Positions 9,354-16,873 of a stretch of DNA of 64,000 nt are shown here, piece by piece. The position numbers were made by a program, and so were the translations under genes. The notes under the pieces are model-generated. The model was not told the DNA's origin. It was given only the letters and a program-made list of their open reading frames with translations, and made no database searches. Within the stretch, counting starts at the first letter, position 1; every line of letters starts with the position of its first letter. The DNA lies in contig VGTG01000010.1 in NCBI GenBank assembly GCA_016874795.1, positions 9,740 through 73,739 of the forward strand. Reading direction: 5' to 3'. The DNA is from Deltaproteobacteria bacterium (GTDB taxonomy: Bacteria > Desulfobacterota > Binatia > UBA12015).

Positions 9354-9914
9354 CTAGCGGCGGCGCGGCGGCTTCACCCGCGGCGTCAAGCGATAGACCC
9401 GATGGCTCGACGGACGCGGCCGGACCGGCCCTTCGCTGCACGGCTGCGGCGTGAGAAGCCGCTCACGGAGCGAGTCGGGATCGAGAGCCAGCGACTCGCA
9501 GATGTTGTTGAACGAGAACGCCCAGTCCCAGTCGCTCGAGCGGATCCACTTCTCCGCCTGACGGGCGAGGAGCCGGGGACGCACGCGCGGGCTCCGGATG
9601 TGCTCCTGGAAGCAGCGAATCCCGTCCTCCAGGACCGCGAGCATCAGCGCGCGCTCGCCGGAGACGTCCTCCATGCCGACGGAGCGGTCATAGAACTGCT
9701 CCGGAAGGATGACGTCGGGGCCGAAGGTCGCCGAGTCGCGCACGGCCCGCTCGGCTTCGCCGCGTGCCCGCCGCGAGCCCTGCGACCGGCCACCGGGCCG
9801 CGAGCCCGGATCGGCAACTGGCTGGTCCTCGAGCGGGAGGAGTCCGGCCGGAACGTGCTCGGGGAATTCCGAGGAAGGTACCTGCTGAGCGAGGGAAGAG
9901 TTGAGCGTATTCAT
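9354..9914 (-). CDS. hypothetical protein with a disordered N-terminus and a conserved-looking C-terminal domain (ALMLAVLEDGIRCFQEH...WIRSSDWDWAFSFNNICESLALDP)
   Basis: 186-aa in-frame subset of track ORF 9354..10130, starting at MNTLNSSLAQQ; a GGGAGA sits about 10 nt upstream of the ATG. Residue composition looks like a real protein. Confidence 0.55.
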   Translation of the reverse strand: MNTLNSSLAQQVPSSEFPEHVPAGLLPLEDQPVADPGSRPGGRSQGSRRARGEAERAVRDSATFGPDVILPEQFYDRSVGMEDVSGERALMLAVLEDGIRCFQEHIRSPRVRPRLLARQAEKWIRSSDWDWAFSFNNICESLALDPDSLRERLLTPQPCSEGPVRPRPSSHRVYRLTPRVKPPRRR

Positions 9915-9933
9915 GAACGATCGGTCTCCCGGA

Positions 9934-10032
9934 TCACTGACGCCGGCGATTGCCCAGCAACAGAAGGCCGAAGGCGAAGCCTGCGACCATGGAGAAGCAG
10001 AGAGTGGCGGTTGGGTCGGTGAACGCGAGCAT
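9934..10032 (-). CDS. small hydrophobic peptide (32 aa) MLAFTDPTATLCFSMVAGFAFGLLLLGNRRRQ
   Basis: ATG preceded by GGAGG at 5-nt spacing; single TM helix plus a basic C-terminal tail; 17 nt upstream of the next minus-strand gene. Confidence 0.45.
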   Translation of the reverse strand: MLAFTDPTATLCFSMVAGFAFGLLLLGNRRRQ

Positions 10033-10156
10033 CGGAACCTCCGAATACGGGGATGACGGATCCGTCGAAGTCCTGGAAGGCAGCCTGGCGGAGCTTGCCT
10101 CGACCAGGGTTGCAGCCCGCGGAACAGCAAGCCTTACGCCACTTGATGCAAGGGAA

Positions 10157-10176
10157 AACCCCCTATCCGTCAGGGG
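10157..10176 (-). terminator. intrinsic-terminator-like hairpin (CCCCT-7nt-AGGGG followed by GUUUUCCCUU on the minus strand)
   Basis: The stem-loop sits in the 5' region upstream of the small ORF operon on the minus strand; possible attenuator or end of an unannotated sRNA. Confidence 0.35.
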
Positions 10177-10333
10177 TTTGGCGGGTCGTGCGGACTCCGC
10201 ACTCGCGCATCGGTGCAAGGTTTTGCAGTGGCGCCGCTTCCGCGTCCGTTCAGCGGGATTCACGCATGCTCCAAAACGCGTGGCGCAGGGCCAACTTGCT
10301 CCGCCGCGCCAAACCCAGTAGATCGAGGCTGAC

Positions 10334-10407
10334 CGGGGCGTAGCGCAGCCTGGTAGCGCACCTGCTTGGGGTGCAGGAGGTCGCCAGTTCAAATCTGGCC
10401 GTCCCGA
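10334..10407 (+). tRNA. tRNA-Pro (anticodon GGG)
   Basis: CGGGGCG acceptor, GCGCAGCCTGGTAGCGC D-arm, anticodon stem CCTGC/GCAGG with loop TTGGGGT, T-arm GGTCGCCAGTTCAAATCTGGC. The antisense frame gives the usual tRNA artefact ORF (RFELATS). Confidence 0.8.
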
Positions 10408-10551
10408 TTGACGCCCCCCGGGGACCCCGCTCGTAGGGGACCCGGGGCAAGCACCTCCGGCAGAAGCCCTCTTCGGCAGGGCCGTTTTCCTTGCCTGCGA
10501 GGGTCGAGGTCTGCTAGCCCGTGGGCGGCTGAGGGGTGGGATGTGGTGGTG

Positions 10552-11190
10552 ATGTTCGACCGCGCGCGTCGGCGCATGGTGGCCGAGCAGCTCGAGGGTC
10601 GTGGGATCCGCGACCCGCGTCTCCTGCACGCGATGGGACGGGTGCCGCGCCACGAGTTCCTCGAGGAGGCTCTGCGACACCGCGCCTACGAGGAGTTCGC
10701 GCTGCCGATCGGCTACGGGCAGACCATCTCGCACCCGTACACGGTTGCGCTCATGACCGAGGCGCTCGAGCTCCAGGGTCACGAGCGCGTCCTCGAGGTC
10801 GGAACCGGATCCGGCTATCAGACCGCCGTCCTGGCGGCGCTTTGCGCGAACGTCTTCACCATCGAGCGACTCGCGGCGCTCGCCATGCGTGCGCGCAAAG
10901 TCCTCGATTCGCAGGCGATCTACAACGTCGCGCTGCAGATCGGGGACGGTACGATCGGCTGGAAGGCGGAGGCCCCGTTCGACGCGATCCTGGTCGCGGC
11001 GGGCGGACCGGACCTCCCGCGGCCGCTGCTCTCGCAGCTCCGCCGCGGCGGCCGACTAGTGGTTCCGGTCGGAGATGGCGATAGCCAATCGTTGCTTCGC
11101 CTCCGGCTGGAAGACTCGGGCATCCGCGAGGAAGTCATCGCGGACTGTCGCTTCGTCAAGCTTCTGGGGCGCTTCGGTTTCGCACGCTGA
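10552..11190 (+). CDS. pcm: protein-L-isoaspartate O-methyltransferase
   Basis: MFDRARRRMVAEQLEGRGIRDPRLLHAMGRVPRHEF...VLEVGTGSGYQTAVLA...GGRLVVPVG. Confidence 0.9.
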   Translation: MFDRARRRMVAEQLEGRGIRDPRLLHAMGRVPRHEFLEEALRHRAYEEFALPIGYGQTISHPYTVALMTEALELQGHERVLEVGTGSGYQTAVLAALCANVFTIERLAALAMRARKVLDSQAIYNVALQIGDGTIGWKAEAPFDAILVAAGGPDLPRPLLSQLRRGGRLVVPVGDGDSQSLLRLRLEDSGIREEVIADCRFVKLLGRFGFAR

Positions 11191-11257
11191 GGCGAGAGGG
11201 AGAGGGGCCCGGCGGACAGGCGTCCGGCGGAATGGTGCGGGGGGGGAAGAGGATTGG

Positions 11258-11815
11258 ATGTCGGGTTGGGTCGATGGGGTGGGCCGCGCGAAGCGGAGGG
11301 TCGCGCTCGTTCCGGCGACGGCGCTTCTGAGCGTCCTCCTGATGGGAGGCTGTAGCGCGTCCCGCGGACCCGCTGGCTGGGCAGGCGCGCCGCCGCCCAA
11401 CGGACATTTCATCTGGCCGACGTCCGGGGAGATCAGCTCCCCGTTCGGACCGCGCGGGGCTTCGAACCACGACGGCATCGACATCGCGGCCCCCGAGGGA
11501 ACGCCCATTCGGGCGGCCGCTTCGGGCTGGGTGCTCTATGCCGGCGTCTTGCGAGGGTACGGCCGGGTCGTCATCCTCGGTCACGATTACGGCCTGACGT
11601 CGGTCTACGCGCACAGCCGCGACGTCTACGTCCGGGTGGGGACTCGTGTGCAGCGCGGCAGTGTGATTGCATCGGTGGGGCGAACCGGGCGAGCGACCGG
11701 ACCGAACCTCCACTTCGAGATCCGTCGGGCCAACGTCGCCGCCGACCCGTTGCACTACCTGCCGCAGCGACTGCCCGTGCTGGCCGAAGCGCGCCGCCTG
11801 CCGATCGGAGGATGA
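11258..11815 (+). CDS. M23 family metallopeptidase lipoprotein (NlpD-like)
   Basis: Lipobox-like LLMGGCSAS, then WPTSGEISSPFGPRGASNHDGIDIAAPEGTPIRAAASGWVLYAG...YGLTSVYAHS...GRTGRATGPNLHFEIR. pcm-nlpD adjacency matches the E. coli surE-pcm-nlpD pattern. Confidence 0.85.
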   Translation: MSGWVDGVGRAKRRVALVPATALLSVLLMGGCSASRGPAGWAGAPPPNGHFIWPTSGEISSPFGPRGASNHDGIDIAAPEGTPIRAAASGWVLYAGVLRGYGRVVILGHDYGLTSVYAHSRDVYVRVGTRVQRGSVIASVGRTGRATGPNLHFEIRRANVAADPLHYLPQRLPVLAEARRLPIGG

Positions 11816-11822
11816 GAGCCCC

Positions 11823-12341
11823 ATGTCCGAGTCCCTGCGACGATTGATCCGCGACGTCCCCGATTTCCCGAAGCCCGGAATCCTGTTCCGCGACATCACG
11901 CCGCTCCTCGCCAACGGTCCGGCACTCCGCGAGGCCGTCGAGGCGATCGCGGAGCCGTGGCGCGGCAAGGTCGACGTGGTCCTCGGAATCGAGTCGCGCG
12001 GCTTCATCCTCGGCGCCCCGGTGGCCGTCCACCTCGGCGTCGGGCTCGCCATCGTGCGGAAGCCCGGCAAGCTTCCCTCGGACATCCGGCAGATGACGTA
12101 CGATCTCGAGTACGGCACGGACACGCTCGAGATCCACAGCGACGCCGTCGCACCGGGCTCGCGCGTCCTCCTCGTCGACGACCTCCTCGCCACGGGCGGA
12201 ACGGCGGCCGCCAGCGTGCAGCTGATCCGCGCTCTCGAGGGCAAGCCCGTCGGCGCCTCGTTCCTGATCGAGCTCGGCTTCCTTTCCGGCAGGGAGCGCC
12301 TCGCGCCGGTTCCGGTCCACACGGTCATCCGCTACGACTGA
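11823..12341 (+). CDS. apt: adenine phosphoribosyltransferase
   Basis: MSESLRRLIRDVPDFPKPGILFRDITPLL...VLLVDDLLATGGTAAA. Confidence 0.92.
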   Translation: MSESLRRLIRDVPDFPKPGILFRDITPLLANGPALREAVEAIAEPWRGKVDVVLGIESRGFILGAPVAVHLGVGLAIVRKPGKLPSDIRQMTYDLEYGTDTLEIHSDAVAPGSRVLLVDDLLATGGTAAASVQLIRALEGKPVGASFLIELGFLSGRERLAPVPVHTVIRYD

Positions 12342-12346
12342 CCGGC

Positions 12347-13567
12347 ATGGCCGACCCGATCCGTTCCACCTTCCAGCAGATGATGAACGAGGTGGTGGCG
12401 TACGGGAGCTGCTGCGAGTGCGGCTCGTGCGTCCTCGTCTGCCCCCACAACGTCATCGAGTACATCGACGGGAAGCCGAAGCAGACGGCGAAGGAGAGCG
12501 CGCCGCACGACTTCTGCGGGATCAGCGAGGGGATCGGCTGCGACGTCTGCGCGCAGGTGTGCCCGCGTCTCTATCCGCGCGAGTTCCAGGTCGCGGACGC
12601 GGTTTTCGCTGGAGAGCCGGAGCCTCCGGAGGAGCCGATCTACCAGGGCATCTTCGGGAAGTACCGGCGCATCGTCGCCGCGCGCTCGACCGACCCCGGC
12701 GTCCTCGCGACGTGCCAGGACGGGGGCGTCGTGACGACGCTCCTCGCGTACGCGTTCGAGAAGGATCTGATCGACGGCGCGGCCGTCTCGGCGCGCGACC
12801 CGGAGAAGCCCGCGCATCCGATCCCGAAGCTCGTGACGTCACGCGAGGAAGCGCTCGAGACGGCGGGCTCCTGGTACACGTACTGCCCGAACAACCTCGC
12901 CCTCGCCGAAGCCGAAGAGAAGGGTGCCAGTCGCATCGCCTTCGTCGGCGTCCCCTGCCAGATCACGCCGGTCCGCAAGATGCAGCAGGCGGATCCGAAG
13001 GTGCTCGAGAACGGCCGCAAGAAGGAGAAGCACCTCGCCCGGCAGACGAAGTTTCTGAAGGGCTTCGGCGAGCGGGTGACGCTGACGATCGGACTCCTCT
13101 GCACCGAGGTCTTCACCTACGAAGGTCTGATGGTCGGGAAGATCCAGAACGAGATGGGGATTCCGCTCTCCGAGGTCGAGAAGTTCAACGTCAAGGGCAA
13201 GGTTCTGATCTACAAGAAGGGCGGCGAGCTCGTGGACATGCCGCTCAAGCGCGCGCAGGAGTACGCGCGTCCCGAGTGCCACCACTGCGGCGACTTCACC
13301 GGCGAGGTCGCGGACATCTCGTGCGGCGGCGTCGGCTCGATGGAGTGGACGATCGTGATCCTGCGCACGCGTCGCGGCGAGGAGATGTTCGATCGCCTCG
13401 TCGCCGACGGGCGCGTGCAGACGCGGTCGATGGACGAGTTCGAGAGCTCCATGAAGATCCTGCTCCGCCTCGCACAGCGCCAGCACGAGCGCGTTCCCGT
13501 TCCGCCGGGCCGCCAGCCGGAGTGGGTGCGGCCTGGCTACGCGATGCCGACGGACCGCTCGGCCTAG
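12347..13567 (+). CDS. FrhB/FdhB-family protein: coenzyme F420 hydrogenase/dehydrogenase beta-subunit-like Fe-S flavoprotein with N-terminal 2x[4Fe-4S] ferredoxin domain
   Basis: CCECGSCVLVCPHNVIEY and CGISEGIGCDVCAQVCP ferredoxin motifs, followed by an FrhB-like N and C domain (...CQDGGVVTTLL...FVGVPCQI...CHHCGDFTGEVADISCGG). Confidence 0.8.
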   Translation: MADPIRSTFQQMMNEVVAYGSCCECGSCVLVCPHNVIEYIDGKPKQTAKESAPHDFCGISEGIGCDVCAQVCPRLYPREFQVADAVFAGEPEPPEEPIYQGIFGKYRRIVAARSTDPGVLATCQDGGVVTTLLAYAFEKDLIDGAAVSARDPEKPAHPIPKLVTSREEALETAGSWYTYCPNNLALAEAEEKGASRIAFVGVPCQITPVRKMQQADPKVLENGRKKEKHLARQTKFLKGFGERVTLTIGLLCTEVFTYEGLMVGKIQNEMGIPLSEVEKFNVKGKVLIYKKGGELVDMPLKRAQEYARPECHHCGDFTGEVADISCGGVGSMEWTIVILRTRRGEEMFDRLVADGRVQTRSMDEFESSMKILLRLAQRQHERVPVPPGRQPEWVRPGYAMPTDRSA

Positions 13568-13570
13568 GGC

Positions 13571-13756
13571 CTAGCCTGCATTTCTCACCAGATCCCTACT
13601 GCGGCGGCCGATAGCACCGAATCTTCGCGAGCTTCTCCCTCCGGGCTCCTCGACGTACTGTTCAAGTACGCCTGCGTCGCCCTCCGGTCCGAGGCTCGCG
13701 AATCTTCCGCACTCTCGACCGCCTCGCGACGTGATCTGGTGAGAAATGCAGGCTAG
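13571..13756. mobile_element. MITE-like element 1 (186 bp): perfect 24-bp terminal inverted repeats CTAGCCTGCATTTCTCACCAGATC / GATCTGGTGAGAAATGCAGGCTAG
   Basis: Arms at 13571-13594 and 13733-13756 are exact reverse complements. It is flanked by CTAG tetranucleotides and has internal sub-palindromes. Confidence 0.55.
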
Positions 13757-13918
13757 TGCACCGCCGCCGAGATAGCGTCAACATCTTACCGCCCCTCGAC
13801 GCCCCTCGCGGCGTCACACCTCCTCGAAATATGCCAGATATTCCTTCGTCGGCGTTCCTTGCGAGGGACGCCGATGAACGGCAATCTGCTTGACGCTATC
13901 TCGACGGCGGTGCACTAG
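13753..13918. mobile_element. MITE-like element 2 (166 bp): 29-bp terminal inverted repeats CTAGTGCACCGCCGCCGAGATAGCGTCAA / TTGACGCTATCTCGACGGCGGTGCACTAG (1 mismatch)
   Basis: Arms at 13753-13781 and 13890-13918. It shares the central CTAG with element 1, and its right-hand CTAG supplies the cofE stop codon. Confidence 0.55.
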
Positions 13919-14673
13919 CGGAACAGGTCGTTCTCGGCCGGACGGATCAGCGCTCGGCCGGTCGCGCGATCGGAGCTCGCTTCCGGGAGCGTCAAGCCGC
14001 GCACGAGCACCGCGGGGATGCCGTCGGCCTTGCCCATCAGAAGCCCGGCCGCGCACGCGATCTGATCGGCGGTCGCGATCACGGTGACGCCGAGCTCGTG
14101 CCCCGCACGGTCGCGCTGGCCGCGGAGGTCGTCGAGCGGCTCGATCCCCGCGACGCCGAGTGCGAACTCGACCTGGCCTTCACGCCAGGGGCGTCCGAAG
14201 GTGTCCGTGACGACGATCCCAAGGTCGACGCCGAGATGCCCGCGGAGCTCGCGGCGAAGTCGTGCTGCCGAGTCATCGGGGTCGGCGGGAAGGAGCGTCA
14301 CCACTCCCGGCGCGAGGGCGTTCGACTGGTCGATACCCGCGTTCGCGCAGATCCAACCCGGTCCGGTCTCGACGATCAGGTTTCCGCGATCCATGCGCAC
14401 GATGCGCTTGCTCTCGCGGAGGACGAGCTCGATCAGGCGCGCGTCCTTCTCGTGCTCGCTGGCCCACGCGATCGCGAAGGGCGAGGGCTCGACGGTCGCG
14501 AGATCGACGACGCGACCCTCGGCCTTGGAGACGACCTTCTGGCAGACGACGAGGACGTCGCCGGTCTTGACGCCGACGCGCGACTCGCTGATCGCGCGCG
14601 CGAGGATCCGCGCGAGATCGTCGCCCGGGCGGACGTCCGGGATGCCCGGGAGCGGGAGAACGTGGATCGCCAT
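13915..14673 (-). CDS. cofE: coenzyme F420-0:L-glutamate ligase
   Basis: MAIHVLPLPGIP...VVSKAEGRVV...IVETGPGWICANAGID...VVTDTFGRPWREGQV; its ATG overlaps the cofD stop (ATGA). Confidence 0.88.
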   Translation of the reverse strand: MAIHVLPLPGIPDVRPGDDLARILARAISESRVGVKTGDVLVVCQKVVSKAEGRVVDLATVEPSPFAIAWASEHEKDARLIELVLRESKRIVRMDRGNLIVETGPGWICANAGIDQSNALAPGVVTLLPADPDDSAARLRRELRGHLGVDLGIVVTDTFGRPWREGQVEFALGVAGIEPLDDLRGQRDRAGHELGVTVIATADQIACAAGLLMGKADGIPAVLVRGLTLPEASSDRATGRALIRPAENDLFR

Positions 14674-15641
14674 CAGCTCGCGAGTGCCGCGCGCACGGAA
14701 GCGCCGATCCCGAGGACGTGGCGCGCGACGGCGATGGAGCGGGCCGGAGTGCTCATCAGAGTCGGAACCGCCGCGACGCGTAGCCCGGTGGTCTCGAGCG
14801 GGCCGATGGCGGAGCGATCCGCCGCGTCGATCACGAGCGCGTCGAGCAGGTCGCGATAGAGCTCGGCGAGAGCGAGAGCGCTCGGCTTCATGCCGAGGCC
14901 GCGCATCATGCGATCCGCCGGTCCCTTGACCGGGCGTCCGCCGATCAACGGCGAGACCGCGACGACGGGCGCCGTCGCACGCCGCACGGCCGAGCGCACG
15001 CCCGGCACGGCGAGGATCGGCCCGATGCTGACGAACGGATTGCTCGGCGCGATCACGACGAGACCCGCTTCGCCGATCGCCTTCAGGACGCCGGGAGCCG
15101 GACGAGCGGAGCGCACGCCCTCGTAGTGGATCGCGCGCACCGCCGGACGCCCGCGCTCGCGGACGAGATACTCCTGGAACGAAAGGCGCCCCTGCGGCGC
15201 CTCGATCACGGTCCGCACGGGAACGTCCGTCATCGGTAGGACGCGCACGGAGACGCCGAGAGCGCGCGCCTGCGCCGCGGTGATCTGCGAGAGCGTCTTC
15301 CCGGTGCGGAGCTCCTCCGTGCGGAAGAGGTGCGTCGCGAGGTCGCGGTCGCCGAGGCGGAACCACGTTTCGGCTCCGTAGCCCGCGAGCTGGTCCATCG
15401 CGTGGAACCCGTCACCGGCGATGCCCCAGCCACGGTCCGGGTCCGACAGGCCCGAGAGCGTGTAGAGGATCGTGTCGATGTCCGGGCAAACGTGCAGTCC
15501 GTGGAAGACGTCGTCGTCCCCGGTGTTGACGATCACCGACAGCGAGCTCGCCGGGACGAGCTCGACGAGCCCCCGCAGGAGACGCGCCGCGCCCACGCCG
15601 CCGGCGAGGACGGTGACCTTGCCGGTGCGGTTGCGCTTCAC
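14673..15641 (-). CDS. cofD: 2-phospho-L-lactate transferase (LPPG:FO transferase)
   Basis: GKVTVLAGGVGAARLLRGL...VNTGDDDVFHGLHVCPDIDTILYTL...VIAPSNPFVSIGPIL; the GTG start overlaps the cofH stop. Confidence 0.88.
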   Translation of the reverse strand: MKRNRTGKVTVLAGGVGAARLLRGLVELVPASSLSVIVNTGDDDVFHGLHVCPDIDTILYTLSGLSDPDRGWGIAGDGFHAMDQLAGYGAETWFRLGDRDLATHLFRTEELRTGKTLSQITAAQARALGVSVRVLPMTDVPVRTVIEAPQGRLSFQEYLVRERGRPAVRAIHYEGVRSARPAPGVLKAIGEAGLVVIAPSNPFVSIGPILAVPGVRSAVRRATAPVVAVSPLIGGRPVKGPADRMMRGLGMKPSALALAELYRDLLDALVIDAADRSAIGPLETTGLRVAAVPTLMSTPARSIAVARHVLGIGASVRAALAS

Positions 15642-16873
15642 GCGCCGAGTGCGTTGCCGGCCGGGAGGCTCTCCGCGGCGGAATGGGCGTTTCCCGCCGC
15701 CGTGCTCGCTCCGACCTCGCCGTAGAGCGTCGAGCGCCGCCGCGGCACGCGGCCCATCGAGCGGATCAGCGCCTCGATCTCCTCCGGGCTCGTATACTCG
15801 CCTGCGTCGGCGCCGGCTTCGCGCGAGATGCTTTCCTCCATCAGAGTGCCGCCGAAGTCGTTGACGCCGGCTGCGAGGCTCAGAGCGGAGAGCTCGTGTC
15901 CGAGCTTCACCCACGAGGTCTGCAGGTTGTCGATCGAGCCGCGGAAGAACAGCCGGCACGTCGCGTACATCCGTAGGTCGGAAGCGCCCTGTGGAAACGG
16001 GCGAACGAGGCCGCGCTGGTAGAGGATCGTGTTCTCGTAGATGAAGCGGAGCGGCACGAACTCCGTGAAGCCGCCGGTCTCGCGCTGCATTTGGCGCAGC
16101 AGCGCCAGGTGCGCGGAGACGTGCCCGAGGTTCTCGACGTGCCCGTACATGATCGTCGAGGTCGTCGGAATGCCGACCCGGTGCGCGGTCGAGATGATGT
16201 CGATCCACGTCGCGACGTCGACCTTCTTGTGCGACAGCACCTCGCGCACCTCGTCGTCGAGGATCTCCGCCGCCGTACCGGGCACGCTTCCGAGCCCCGC
16301 GTCGCGCAGCATCGTCAGGTAGTCGAAGAACGACATGTTCGTCCGACGCGACCCGTAGAGGATCTCCATCGGCGAGAACGCGTGCATGTGGATCTTCGGG
16401 AAGGCCGTCTTGATCGCGACGAGCACGTCCCGGTAGTGGAACGCGGTCATCTGCGGGTTGATCCCGCCCTGCATGCAGATCTCGGTCGCACCGCGCGCGA
16501 CGGCCTCGTCGACCTTCGCGAGGATCGCATCGATCCCGTGGTCGTAGGCGTCCGCCTCCCAGCGCTGGCGCTTGAACGCGCAGAACTGGCAGTTCACGAA
16601 GCAGATGTTCGTGAAGTTGATGTTCCGGTTGACGACGTAGGTGACGACGTCCCCGATGTCCTCGGCGCGCACCCGGTCGGCCGTCGCGATCAGTGCGCGG
16701 AGGTCGTCGTCCTCGGTACGGAGGAGGGTGCGGACGTCTTCTTCCTCGAGGTCGCGCCGCTCGAGCGAACGCTCCAGGATCGCGCGGATCTCCGGGCTCG
16801 CGGCGCCGAGGGCGCGCTCGACCGGCCCGCCGTCGGGAAGGACGGCGCGCGCTTCGTCGATGGACCTGCTCAT
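15638..16873 (-). CDS. cofH: FO synthase subunit 2 (7,8-didemethyl-8-hydroxy-5-deazariboflavin synthase, radical SAM)
   Basis: MSRSIDEAR...VTYVVNRNINFTNICFVNCQFCAFKRQ (CxxxCxxC radical-SAM motif); ATG overlaps the cofG stop (ATGA). Confidence 0.88.
   Translation of the reverse strand: MSRSIDEARAVLPDGGPVERALGAASPEIRAILERSLERRDLEEEDVRTLLRTEDDDLRALIATADRVRAEDIGDVVTYVVNRNINFTNICFVNCQFCAFKRQRWEADAYDHGIDAILAKVDEAVARGATEICMQGGINPQMTAFHYRDVLVAIKTAFPKIHMHAFSPMEILYGSRRTNMSFFDYLTMLRDAGLGSVPGTAAEILDDEVREVLSHKKVDVATWIDIISTAHRVGIPTTSTIMYGHVENLGHVSAHLALLRQMQRETGGFTEFVPLRFIYENTILYQRGLVRPFPQGASDLRMYATCRLFFRGSIDNLQTSWVKLGHELSALSLAAGVNDFGGTLMEESISREAGADAGEYTSPEEIEALIRSMGRVPRRRSTLYGEVGASTAAGNAHSAAESLPAGNALGA

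Noticed and set aside
10040-10110. SRP (4.5S) RNA-like motif GUCCUGGAAGGCAGCC.
   Set aside because: Only a loose match to the helix 8 consensus, and no convincing long hairpin pairing of the flanking sequence. It is kept only as a note inside the 9354-10333 finding.
9934-10782. 282-aa minus-strand ORF spanning tRNA-Pro and the intergenic region.
   Set aside because: It reads through a tRNA gene and a hairpin and has junk composition. Only its last 32 codons, which have their own Shine-Dalgarno sequence and ATG, look genuine.
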